Origin: Mytilus californianus
Lineage: Eukaryota
Direction: 5' to 3'
DNA: 64,000 nucleotides
NCBI RefSeq assembly: GCF_021869535.1
Contig: NW_026262581.1
Coordinates: forward strand, 33,976,001-34,040,000
Position 1 is the first letter of the stretch; every line of letters begins with the position of its first letter. The position numbers and the translations under genes were made by a program. Below the pieces are notes generated by a model, which saw only the letters and a list, made by a program, of their open reading frames with translations, did no database searches and was not told where the DNA came from. Positions 1 through 12,050 of the stretch are shown here, in pieces.

Positions 1-319
1 TTTTATGGCTAGCCAAACCTCCCGCTTATATGGCAATGTTAAAAATACCGCTAAAATGACAACATTACGTGACAGGAATGCAGTATAAATAAATGCAAGA
101 ACACTCAGGATGGAGAAATACATAAATAAATAATATAATAGTACAACATGTAAACCACAGAATAACAACGAACACCTAAAATTAATTTACGCAGAACACA
201 AATACAGCACAATAGAATTATGAACTGTGCATAAGTATATAATAAAAAATGGATAAACAGTAAAGGTTGAAAATATGCAAGGACAAAAATGGGGATCTTT
301 AGCACGTAATTAAGATGAT

Positions 320-620
320 AAAAAACATCAGTTCCTAGAATCTTTACTTCAAGACCCTTATGTATTTTATTTTAAGTTGATACGGAATATTTATTTACAA
401 GGTCTTGGTATCGTCCAATGAACTTTTTTAGAAACAGGGCGAGACGTTCTTTGACGTAACCTTGGCTCATCAACTTTCTGCTCAGACACTGGTGACGTTT
501 TTTAATCTGAGTAGCAGCTGCAAGCTCTTGAATACCGAATGAATTGGGAAATGTATATCCCGTATGCAGGAGAACTTGGTATATTGCTGGTAAGGTGGAG
601 AAAATTTATAATTTCAAAAA
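320..620 (-). mobile_element. C-terminal fragment of a second Penelope-like RT
   Basis: NFLHLTSNIPSSPAYGIYISQFIRYSRACSCYS, homologous to NFPLLCSNIPAAPA-GVYISQLIRYS at 46510-46600. Confidence 0.7.
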
Positions 621-699
621 TAAAATTGTGGAATGTATAGATACGTTGCCACGTTTGGTCAGTGTTTTCGTTAGAAGTTTTCTGCTTAATATCGCTGAG

Positions 700-1110
700 G
701 TAGGCTCTTTTCAACTGATTTTTATAGTTTGTTCTTATGTTTTATTGTTACACCGCTGTCCCATCTTAGGGGAAGGGTTTGGTGCCAGACATCTAGTTTA
801 ACCCCGCCACATTCTGTATGTGCTTGTCCGAAGTCAGGAGCCAGTAGTTCAGTGGTTGTCGTTGGTTCGTATCTTTCATATTTGTTTTTCGTAAAATCTT
901 TTGTTATAATAAATTCGGCCGTTAGGTTTTTCAATTGAATCGTTTCATATTTTTCATGTCGGGGCCTTTTAAAGCCGACTATACGGTATGGATTTTTTTC
1001 TCATTGTTGAAGGCCGTACGGTTGCCTATAATTGCTTACATTCACTTCATTTCGACTTTGGTAGATAGTTTTCTCATTAGCAATCCTACCACATCTCCTT
1101 ATTTTTATAT
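700..1110 (-). repeat. High-copy interspersed repeat family A
   Basis: Reverse complement of 4550-4960 (gatgtggta-gattgc-aatgaga...ccgtacggccttcaacaatgag...cctgacttgggacag). Confidence 0.8.
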
Positions 1111-1524
1111 TTTAAGTGATCATAAACGTATTCCCTATTTAAGTCGGAAAATGCAGAGTATAACAGTAATTGGGACAAGTTTTAATCCATAGCCTACTCT
1201 CCCCAATAATATTTGACAAGATATTTTTACTTCTTAAGAACAAATTAGTCTCAGCCCAGGCCTAAGGTGGCTATCGGTGGATAGTTAAATGCATCTGTTA
1301 GCTCCATCCTTTTAAATGTATTTTCTTTTACGATTACAAAATGTAACTGTAGTTTGGTCTGGTTTGACAGTAATGCTTCAGATTCAATTGGTTTTTATTT
1401 AATCATTTAATTAGATTGTTGTCAGGGTTTGATTAGTGCATGTAGTTAATGAGCTATTGATTATAGTATATTAATCGAGTGGTTTTATTTTGTTCCAGAT
1501 GACAATGTAGACGGTTAAACTATA

Positions 1525-1725
1525 AAAAAAGAAGATGTGTTATGTTTGCCAATGAGACAACTTTTCACAAGAGACCAAATGACACAGAAATTAACAACTA
1601 TAGATCACCGTACGGCCTTCAACAATGAGCAAAGCCCATACCGCACAGTCAGTTATAAAAGGCCCCGAAATGACAAATGTAAAACAATTCAAACGATGAA
1701 ACTAACGGCCTAATTTATGTTCAAA
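1525..1725 (+). repeat. Family A, 5' part
   Basis: aagaagatgtgttatgtttgccaatgagacaac...aactaacggcctaatttatg. Confidence 0.8.
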
Positions 1726-2249
1726 ATAACGTCCATAAGATAACGACCAACAAAGCATAAAATGTGCATAATTGTGTTCCCTTTTTGCTCAGTTCATAAA
1801 ATTGTTTAATTATGTTACACATAGGTTGATAACTTCTTCCAGCAATAGTGATTCAGTCGGTTTTAGATGTAGAGTTTATTATTTGCTTTCAAACGTTTTA
1901 CATCTCTGGTTTTCCACCTTTTAGTAAAGAGTATCCTTTGTAAAGTTTACTTACTCACACCCGAAATGAACAGTAATGACTTTTTAAAGAAGTATACTTC
2001 ACCGAAGAAGATGACTTGTTTTCCCATTGTGTATTTTTTTCATGTAACAACTTTCCAGCAGCCCATATATTCTGTAATATGTTTTCTTCCAATATTTGTT
2101 CCTTATTCGCTTTTTAAACGTTGTTCAACCAGCGCAAAAAACTGGTACATCTGCGCTTACATGGTTATTTTAACTCTTCAAACCCAGAACCAACAACAAA
2201 GACATGAAAAGAAAAAAAAAACAAAATCACTATACGCAGTTGCAACGTT

Positions 2250-3730
2250 TAAAAACAAATAAGTAGCGAATAAGTCATAGGGTATCATTCGAGCGGAGAA
2301 ACGGGTACATACGCGCCAACAGGGTAATTTGACCTCCACGAACCAATATCTAACACCAGAAACAGGAAAAGAACATTTAAAAAAGACACAACGTATAAAA
2401 AGCGAATAAGTAACAGGGTATCAGTCGAGCATAGAACTTGGTATAAATGGCCTTACAGGGTAATTTCAACTCCTAACACCAGAGATATAAACAGAAAAAA
2501 AAAAGATATCAATGAAAAGGGGTACCGTAATGAATAAGAAGTAGCAAATAAGTAACATTGTATCAGTCAAGGGCAGAAACTGGTACATATGCGCTAACAG
2601 GGTTATTTCAACTCCATGAACCCAGAACTAACACCAAATACATGAAAAGAAAAAAAAACATAAAAAAGAGCAACGCATAAAAGCAAACAAGGAAGGAATA
2701 AGTGACATGGTATCGGTCGAGCTAGGAAACGGGTACATACGCGCTAACTGAATAATGCAACCTCCACGAACCAATAACTAACACCAGAGACGAAAATAAT
2801 AAATTTAAAGAAAAGACAATCATATTAAATGGCGCAATATTTAAAAAAAATGAATAAGCAAGAATAAGTAATAGGATATCTGTCGAGTGCAGAGACAGGT
2901 ACATATGAGCCAACAGGGTCATTTCACCTCAAGGAGCCCTTAATTAGCACTGATACACGAAAAGGAAAGAAAAGAAAGCACTAAAACGATTGCAACATAT
3001 GAAAAGCGAATAAGGAACGAATAATTAACAGGGTATCAGTCGGTCGCAGAAACAATTACATACGCACCAACAGGGTAATATCACCTTCACGAACCAATCA
3101 CTTACACAAAAGACAATAAAAAAAATAAAAAAAGGGCAATGTTTAAGAAGCGAATAAGGGTTGGATAAGTAGCGAATAAGTAACAGGGTATCAGTCGAGC
3201 GCAGAAACTGATACATTTGCGATAACAAGGTTATTAACATCACAGACTCGAAATCGAAAGAAAAACCAAAATCATTAAAAAGGGGCAACGTATGAAAAGC
3301 GAATTAGAAACCAATAAGTAGCGAATAAGTAACAGGATATCAGTCGAGCGCGGAAACGGGGACATACGATCTAAAAGGATAATTTCTCACCTCTACGAAC
3401 CAAAAACTAACACCAGAGACTAGAAAATAACAGAAAAAGAACGTTTTCAAAAGAAGCAACTGATAAAAATCGAATACGGACGAGGAATAAGTAGCGAAAA
3501 AGTATCAATCAAAAGCGAAAACGGGTACATACGCGCTTACATAATAATTTTACCTCCACGAACCCGTAACTAACATCAGGGCGAAGAAAAAAGAAAATAA
3601 ATAAAAGCAAGCATTAAAAGGGGACAGCATATTAAAAAGCGAATAAAGACCGAACAAGGAACAAGTAACGAATAAAGAATAAAGAATAAGTGACGAATAA
3701 GAAATGAGTAAAGAATATGGAATAAGTATC
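2250..3730 (+). repeat. Degenerate satellite-like array, about 9-10 units of ~135-165 bp
   Basis: Recurring AAGTAGCGAATAAGTAACAGGGTATCAGTCGAGC-CAGAAAC-GGTACATA-GCGC-AACAGGGTAATTT-ACCTCCACGAACC with A-rich spacers. Confidence 0.85.
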
Positions 3731-4547
3731 AAATAAGGAATAAGTAACAGACTTGACTACCCTTCTAGTATACTAGTTTTCTTTTGCCTCCTCATCACAT
3801 ATTGATCTGGAGCACGAAGTTTCCCGTATACATTTAGAAATCTGGTGCTAAATGTTAGTGTCATTCCATTTCTATCTACAATTATCACTAAGTAATTTTC
3901 TTGATTAAACTTTTCATATCGTTGCCTTCTAAACTCCTTTTCGAAGCATATAGTCGACATTGCAAGATGAAAGTACGGTAGTTCATATTAAACTTCAGAG
4001 AAAAATATCCAATAAAAAGGCTAGAGTATATGAATGTGAATAGTCACAGAGATCACACGGCCTTTAACAATGAATAATTACATAATTTCTGATAGTTCCA
4101 TATTTTTCATTAGCGGAGGCATCCAAATTTTATATTTTATATCAACTGAAATACCACTTACTGCACGTGTTCTCATTGACCATGTTAAACCAATAGAAAT
4201 TAAAACAAACGAAAGGTTTAGTGTAACTCGTAATTTAATGGTTGTAAAAATCAAAATGTGCTTCGAAATGTGCTTCGGTTAATGCTTTTATACCCCAATG
4301 AAACTACAATATTTAATTCATAAGCAAAATCAACAGGAAGCTATAAAATATCAGAAAAAAAATACATGTGAAGCAATACAACAGAGAAAAGCTAACGACA
4401 TGATTTAAGCTAACAACATTGAACTAAAAGCCGTTATGACAGAAGGCAACCAACAACAACTCTTGCACTACAGGCTGATTGCCATGGCCAGGCGCATGAA
4501 GAAAATGGCGGGGTTATTTAGTAAAGAGTTTCAGCGCCTTAGATATA

Positions 4548-5120
4548 AAAAAGGAGATGTGGTATGATTGCCAATGAGACAAATCTCCACAAGAGACCAA
4601 ATGACACAGAAATTAACAACAATAGGTCACCGTACGGCCTTCAACAATGAGCAAAGCCCATACCGCACAGTCAGCTATAAAAAGCCCCGATATGACAATG
4701 TAAAACAATTCAAACGAGAAAACTAACGGCCTAATTTATGTACAAAAAATGAACGAATAACAAATATGTAACACATAAACAAACGACAACACTGAATTAC
4801 AGGCTCCTGACTTGGGACAGGCACATACATACAGAATGTGGCGGGGTTAAACATGTTAGCGGGATCCCAACCCTCCCCCTAACCTGGGACAGTGGTGTAA
4901 CAGTACAACATAAGAACAAACTATAAAAATCAGTTGAAGGAGGCTTAACTCATCGGATGGATAAAAATACAAATACTACAAATACAAGTGGACGTGGCCG
5001 GGTACTTGTACATCCAAACAACAAAAAGACACTAAGTACAGATCTGAGAGTACTCGCAGTTACTGACAGCTAGTTCAAAGCCACTAACAACTAATAAAAA
5101 AAATCATGCATCTAAGATTA
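4548..5120 (+). repeat. Family A, longest copy in the window
   Basis: Contains all segments seen in the other copies, plus a 3' extension. Confidence 0.8.
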
Positions 5121-5214
5121 AATTAGAGTAATTTTTATTTTTTATATAGGGCGCTTTATAAATTTTCATTATTATTATTAAAGTGGTGAAGTTGATGACG
5201 TCATCCCTTTGAAA

Positions 5215-5597
5215 ATGTTACGGACGCCATCACCAGTTGATTGACCGTTATGGAATATCTGTATAACAGATGACGACGGATATTTTACCAATTTATAACA
5301 CAATCTCGTCCTCTTTTCCTCGAATATGATCTATTGAATTAGACTCATCACAGAGATTGTAATTACATGAACAACACGACGAGTACCACATGTGAAGCAG
5401 GACCTGTTTACACTTTCGGAGCACCCGATATCTTTCCCGGTTTTTGGCAGGGTCCGTGTTGCTCAGTCTTTAATTTTCTATGTTGTGTTTTGTAGACTTG
5501 TTTGTCTTTTGGTCGTTTTTCGTGTTTTGCCATGGCATTGTCAGATCGTTCATGACTTATGAGTTCGAATATCCCTTGGTATCTTACGCCGCTCTCA
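5215..5597 (+). mobile_element. 5'-truncated Penelope-like 3' end (last RT codons ...YGRHHQLIDRYGIS plus tail)
   Basis: tacggacgccatcac matches 46703-46720; tail aacacgacg...ttacc/ctt...cgtgttgctcagtctt matches 46775-46990. Confidence 0.75.
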
Positions 5598-5659
5598 AAC
5601 ATGTTTTAAGTGTTCAATTCTCCTGTAACTGGGAAATTGGCACTATAGCACAACATTGT

Positions 5660-5865
5660 CATACAAGTGAGAGGTTTAGCTAGCTATAAAACCAGGTTTA
5701 ATCCACCATTTTCTACATATGAAAATGCCTGTACCAAGTCAGGAATATGACAGTTGTTATCCATTCGTTTGAATGTGTTTGAGCTTTTGAGTTTGCCATT
5801 TACTTAGGGAATTTCCATTTAGAATTTTCCTCGGAGTTCGGTATATTTGTTATTTTACTTTTTGG
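5660..5865 (+). repeat. Interspersed repeat family C (second copy at 28778-28945)
   Basis: atccaccattttctacata...cctgtaccaagtcaggaatatgacagt...ccattcgtttga...ttgagcttttga-tttgccattt. Confidence 0.75.
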
Positions 5866-6294
5866 AACAAAATGTGAAAATCAGTTGAAAATCTCAGATT
5901 GGCACTGAGCACAAAACTCTTTCTAAAATACAGAAAATACAAAACTCATATTTAAGAGCACTGTCAGTAAACGAATGCTAGTTCAAACAAATTACAAATT
6001 AAAATAAGATTTATAAGTTTATTTAACTGACCAATAAGTTTACATGAATTGCATCTTAATTTATGAGCTTTGAATCAACGAAGATATGACATCCCGTTTG
6101 TAATAAATTTAATTTAATCTTTCGTAACCAATAAGATATGATATCCCGTTTGTAATAAATTTATAAAACTACAACAAAAATATTAAACAAAATTTTTGTA
6201 TCTATGAAAAAAATTAAGAAAAGTTGTTAAGTAATGTTTTGTAATTAATCACTCACTTGATAATTAAAGATTTTATATATAGATTACTTATCTA

Positions 6295-6376
6295 CGACTG
6301 ACGACGACGGACGACGACGGACGCCAAGTGATGGCATAAGCTCACATGGGGCCCTTCGGGCCCGGTGAGCTAAAAA
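6295..6376 (+). mobile_element. 3' end of a HINE-like element (GACGACG microsatellite + hairpin)
   Basis: gacgacgacggacgccaagtgatgg...AGCTCAC...GGGCCC-TTC-GGGCCC...GTGAGCT aaaaa. Confidence 0.55.
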
Positions 6377-6643
6377 GGGAACGAATAATCATTCCTATTG
6401 TCGAAATTTAACAGTATTGCTTCCCTTGTAAGATTGGTACATTCCAATCACGAAAACGACAATTTTGGCTGTATATTTGAGGTTTATTAAAATAAGTTCC
6501 TTTGTATGTATTTTTGCAGTATATCTAATCATAGAGTTCTTTATTATTTAAAGCAAACATATCATCAAGGTAACGGTAAGTGTTATCAAATTTTTCTTAT
6601 AAATGGAATATAGACAGATCTTTTCTGCGTAGTATGTCTGTCG

Positions 6644-9600
6644 TCAAGACTTCGACATGTCTGTATTGTATTCAATTAAAAGTGAAGCAATATGTTCAAA
6701 GATATTCCATTTAGTGTTCAGATCATCAATATCATCCCTATCTTTCAAAAACTTGCGTTCATATTTGATAGATTTCAAAATTTCCAAAGAAACATGAAGA
6801 GGAGATTTTCCATCGTTATCTTCTTTGGAACTATCTGCATTTCCCCCTAATAATATTTCAACTATGTTGTCGTCGCCGAATTCGCACGCTAAATACAATG
6901 GTGTCTGACCTTTACTATTCTGTAAATTAAGGTCAGATTTCCTCGAGGAAAGTATTGTTTTTACCAGTTCATAATCTCCATACCTACAGGCTAGAAGTAA
7001 CGGAGTTTCCCCTTCATTGTCACGTGCATTCACCTCTGCATTATGATCAATTAGTGATTTTGTTATCGACTTACATTTCGTAGACATTTCAAAGACAAAC
7101 ATTGGAAGAGATTTTTTGATTTTTGGTCGAAAGTGAAACGAGCGTTTATATCTCTCGCAAATTACATGAAGGGGAGTTTTACCACCGTTATCACACAATT
7201 TAACGTTTGCTCCAGTTTCAAGCAATACTTCAACTATATCTGATTTCTTGTTTTGACAAGCAAGATGTAAAGGAGACCTGTTTTCATTGTCTTGCATATT
7301 GACTTTCGCTTTGTTGCTTATAAGTAATTTACATATGGAAAGCAAACCATTTTCACAAGCTAAATGTAAAGGCGATAACCCATATTCGTCCGGTTTGGAG
7401 ATGTCTAACTGATTTTGAATCAAAAGGTTAATAATAGATATGCGATCTTCGGATTCAGGAAAATTTTCACAAGTTGCGTGAAGCAATGATCGGCCATCAT
7501 ATCTAAATTGACAAATATCGAAACCTTGTGTCAGCAAAAATTGAGCTGTCCCTAGATTTCCTCCTGTACACGCCAAATACAAGGCAAAATCTATCTCTTC
7601 AACGGAACTGAACATTGTATTTTCCATGAATAATTTAACAATGTCTGTGCACCCATTAACCGCCGCAGTGCCCATAGACCTACACTTGTCAAAAGAAGAA
7701 AATTTGTCGATACATTTCTGTACTAATAACTGAATAACATTGAAATGATTATTTAGGCAGGCAACCTCAAGAGGTGAATATATTTCATCACAAGTATTTA
7801 TTTTTGGATATATGTCTGTATTGTCCAGTAACATTTTCACAATAGCTGCTTTTCCAGATTTACAAGCCAAGTATAGAGGCGATTTATTCGGCTTTAAACC
7901 GCAAACATCTGCTGCTGTTTTATTTTCCAGCAATTGTTTTACTATATCAGCATAACCTCCATCACATGCTAGACTCAAAGGAGTATCATCGAAGCGAGAA
8001 ACACTGTTTACATCTGCATTTTTTTCTAACAACAACTTTGCTACATCTAGGTTTCCAGCTTCACACGCCAAGTGGAGAGGACAAAACTCCATCCACGTAT
8101 CGGACACATTGATGTTAGTGTCATTTGGCAGAAGTAGTTTTACTATATTCACATTTCCATTCTTACAAGCTTCGCGTAACGGTGATGTATCATCTCTATC
8201 AAGTTTACAGACATCGACATTCTTTGCAAGGAGCAATTTCACTATGTGAGCATTTCCTGCTTTACATGCCATATGTAGTGGAGAAGATTCATTTTCATGG
8301 CACAAGGAAGCGTCGGCGTCATGGTTTAATAAAATTTCTACTATATCTTGATACCCACCTTCACAAGCTTTGTATAAGGCTGATCTATTAAAGCTGTCTA
8401 TTTTATTGACCTTGCAATCCATTTTGATAAGGAATTCTACTATATCCACAAACCCCTCGGTAGCTGCTTCTATTAACGGATATGTAACGTTAGTAACTTC
8501 ATCGTCAGTTATTTCATCGTCATCATCGGTATCATAAAAGTCATCCCAATCACAATGTCTTTCGCCAGTAACCAGTTTTATCCCATTCTTGTCGATTTCA
8601 CGGAATAAATCATGCACACCTTCGGCATTGCTGTTGAGATATTCAATAAGCATTTTTCTGAATGATTCGTGGACTAATTGTTTATTATGCAGAGTACTGT
8701 AGATATCCCCTTGTTTCAAATCATCAACTAGTCTTTCAAAATATTCTACCTCCATTTCTTTTGAAAGTACAATAAAGTCGTCGTTGGGATTAGTTTTAAT
8801 GAATTCGAATATATACTTATTACCAATAAATCTTCCATTAGCATTTCTAATAAAACATTCCTTGAGATACTGTCCGCATACAATGGATGCAATGTCGTAT
8901 ATTTTGTCATGAATTAAGCTGTATGTTGTTCCAATTTTTTTCAAAAATGTACCAACTAATGTCGAGAATCCATTTTTTAAAGATAATCTTACGAGTTCTT
9001 TATCTAAATCGACATCAAAGTGTGTCGTTATTTCTTTTAGTTTATTTATTAACATTTTTGGACCCACGTTCAATCTACAGTTAAGCCACTCCTCCTCAAA
9101 CCCTTCCTCAAACAAAATACACAAAACAAAGGCACACAATTGGTGTTTGTTTTTTGAAACTATTATATGTTTTATATTTTGTTTTATAGTACCAATCGGT
9201 GATGTGAAGAAGAGTTTTAAATTTTCATGTGCTATGTTTTTAGACATTTTACACAGGAGTGGAAAAAAGTCAAAATCGCATATATGATCTACCACATCAT
9301 CAATGTTATCGCTTTTTATATATTTCTTTATCATCACTATTCTTTCCTCTGGGAGAAGACAAAGCCTTTCAGCTAGAAGATCAAATGCATTTTTAGTAAA
9401 AAGCGTTAAACTTTTAAACTGTAATTCATTAAACACCGATAGCCTACATGATATTAAAAGTTTGGCACCAATGGTTTCTTCTTTGTCAGTTGAATTTGAT
9501 TTGAATATACCGTTTAGTTCTTCTGTGAAATTTTCCCATGTATTTACTAACTGAACATCCATTGTTCCTTTACCACATATATCATCAATTACAAAAACCT

Positions 9601-9858
9601 GTTTTCTATTTTTACTGTAATAATTCATAATATCCGATGGTGCCATTAAAAATGATAGAGGTATTATATCATAATTTTTCTGTCGATGTAACTCTAAAGC
9701 AACATGGTGAATGAGAAACGATTTTCCGGTCCCGGAACTACCCGTTACAACAGCTATATTACACTTTGAAAGCCATGACATTACACGTTCTGTTGCTCTA
9801 GTTTCAACAAATGTTTCATCATCTCTGTCCCAGTCTCGGATTTTTTCTTCATGACGAT
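6644..9858 (-). CDS. Paralogue 1, coding exon 5: STAND-class (nSTAND3-like) P-loop NTPase followed by a long ankyrin-repeat array; whole protein about 1377 aa
   Basis: Acceptor tttccag|AT extends ORF 6644-9781 upstream in frame (DRHEEKIRDWDRDDETFVETRA); Walker A GSSGTGKS (9719-9742), Walker B VFVIDD; many TPLHxAC/SPLHLAC...GxxxIVxxLL ankyrin repeats. Family assignment is by recognition, not by an HMM run. Confidence 0.92.
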
Positions 9859-10254
9859 CTGGAAATTGGCAATATTAATAAACAAATTAAACCACCAAAT
9901 ATAATGTCCTTGACGACAATAAAACAATGACAATAAGGTTGCAAATATCTATTATTTGTGTATATTAATCATGGTATTATTATGCATTACCCTTGAAAAC
10001 ATATAGAGATATTTCAGAGTGAATCATTTACAAATAATCTTATTCAATGTGAAAATTGCCATTAAATATCTATTTTAACTGAATTTCCATTAATATACTG
10101 CATTTACTTATTGATTTAAAATTCTTCAATCAAGTAACATGAATCTTTGCTTAACAATAACATCACCTTTCATTTGTGTATTAATACTGCCTTGTCCTCA
10201 ATGCTCTTCGACTTCGTACTTTTTTTGGCCTTCTTAACTTTTTTTTTATTCGAG

Positions 10255-10294
10255 CGTCACTGATGAGTCTTTTGTAGACGAAACGCGTCTGGCG
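10255..10294 (+). ncRNA. Minimal type I hammerhead ribozyme motif in a short interspersed repeat (~10185-10337)
   Basis: CGUCA-CUGAUGA-GUC(UUUUGUA)GAC-GAAA-CGC-GUC/UGGCG: stem I CGUCA:UGGCG, stem II GUC:GAC, palindromic stem III ACGCGU, GUC cleavage triplet ending at 10289. Confidence 0.75.
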
Positions 10295-10703
10295 CAAATA
10301 CAAAATTTCAATCTTGGTATCTATGATGAGTTTATTTACCCTTTCTGTTTTGTTGTTTTCAATAAAGTAAACATGCTTCTACGATTGATTTACCAATAAA
10401 CATTTTGTTTCAATATGTGCAAACTGGCAAAGAAATGTTGCTTTTCTGTAAACCTAGCAATCTTTTTTTTCATTTAAATACAGACGAAACTTGTACGAGG
10501 TAAGGATATGTAACTGATTTATACCCAGAGAAAATCCTTTCATAGGAATTTATAGTTTCGCGGCGTTGACACGGACGCTGGAAGATTAATTCATGTGATT
10601 CAACTGTTCTCACATCACACATAGGATTTTTAGATTTTGGTTCATTTCTCCAAGGAAGTTTGTTCTGCTCTTGATAAGTTTATGTTCTTTTTTAAACATT
10701 TAC

Positions 10704-10934
10704 CTCTTATATGTTTTGGAATTATTTCCTCCTGATGTCGACCTATGTCTTTAATTTCTTCCTTCAGCATCCTTATTTCATCTTTTAACATGTTGTCAAC
10801 TGCAGCTTTCTTTTCCATTTCATTCTGTATGTAATTTTTCAAACTTTTTGCGTATTTTGCTAGGACACCAGTCTGTTGACAAATTTCATTAACCAATTCG
10901 AGACCAAGTGTTGTGCCCTTGAACAAATTTATCC
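10704..10934 (-). CDS. Paralogue 1, coding exon 4: helical/coiled-coil-like linker (GINLFKGTTLGLELVNEI...EEIIPKHIR)
   Basis: Acceptor ttgcag|GG, donor AGAG|GTAAAT; 231 nt, phase 1-1; E/K-rich amphipathic sequence; paralogue exon also 231 nt. Confidence 0.85.
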
Positions 10935-11256
10935 CTGCAAGCAAAAAATGGGATAAGACTTTTAACTTTGTTTATTTTATCCGCGTTTATTACGTGCAAA
11001 CTAAATATTGTTTAAATGAATGCAATAGTTTAAGTTCGTTGAGCAGGCGATATTGGCCCTAAATCAAAAATCTCTTTTTATTTCGTTACTGGTTACGTAT
11101 ACTGGCATGGTTTTTTTTAAAGTATTTATTAACAAAATACGACTCATAGACAATCTTCAACTTTATTACAAATGCGCAAAATGACCGCAATTAATGATAA
11201 TTGCAACAAAACTTAGGTCAATATAAAGAATAAAATGTCTTAATATCAAAAATTAC

Positions 11257-11425
11257 CATTGGTTTTCCATCTTGTAAGTTCGCCTAAAATGTTCTTTTCC
11301 TTAGACGATCCGAGCTTCAGACTTGTTATCAAACTTTCCATCTCTCTAAATGAATTTGAAAATTTACCATAATTCCACTCTGAAAAATTACAGTGTGCCC
11401 AAGTATTCCTGATGTTTGATCGCAC
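11257..11425 (-). CDS. Paralogue 1, coding exon 3: HEPN motif exon (VRSNIRNTWAHCNFSEW...RWKTNG)
   Basis: Acceptor ctttcag|GTG, donor AATG|GTAATT; 169 nt (phase 0 to 1); Rx4H motif RNTWAH at 11393-11410; paralogous exon has the same length. Confidence 0.85.
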
Positions 11426-12050
11426 CTGAAAGTTTACCAATAAAATGTATCGTATTAGCTACAGTTTCAGTCAAGAAAGATAAATTAAAAAAAAAATACT
11501 TGACATGCATTGATGTTCAATCAGAAGCATATAATATAACAATGGCATATCACAAACACTTCCTTTACCCATGCAAGAAATAAGAAAATATAATCAAATA
11601 ATGTCAACTGTGAAACGAAGTCGTATTACAAATTATAGAATAATTTATAACGAAAAATACAGATAATAGAATGTTCAAAGTTCAAATGTTCATACGGGTC
11701 CGTGAATGGATAGATTTCAACGTGAAATCTCTTTTAGATAATCGGTTAATACTGTGTTAGTAGAATCATTTCATGACTCTGTACAAATGGTATGAAGGAA
11801 GAAGAATGACAGGACAATAATGACACGCATGTGCACTGTTAACTTCCATGGCATTAAAAGTCACTGTGAGATATAGTCGTCTCCCACTTTTTGTATAAAA
11901 ATCTTCTCTTCTTACATTTTTGGGCAAATGAATCTAAAAACCTGATGCAAACGTTGAAAAGCTTATTAAATTGAAAAGGGTCAAATATGCATGATGGGAA
12001 TATCATACATTCCTTAATTTAATATGTTTATAATCACAAATAATACCTAC

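Noticed and set aside
8125-9554. Plus-strand ORFs within the large exons (also 21502-23488)
   Set aside because: Antisense shadows of the ankyrin/NTPase coding sequence.
6644-9781. Treating ORFs 6644-9781 and 20910-23855 as complete single-exon ankyrin genes (or naming them after a housekeeping ankyrin protein)
   Set aside because: Both frames stay open upstream to a splice acceptor and join four further exons; the second ORF starts at CTG. Similarity to named ankyrin proteins would come from the repeats only, so no gene symbol is given.
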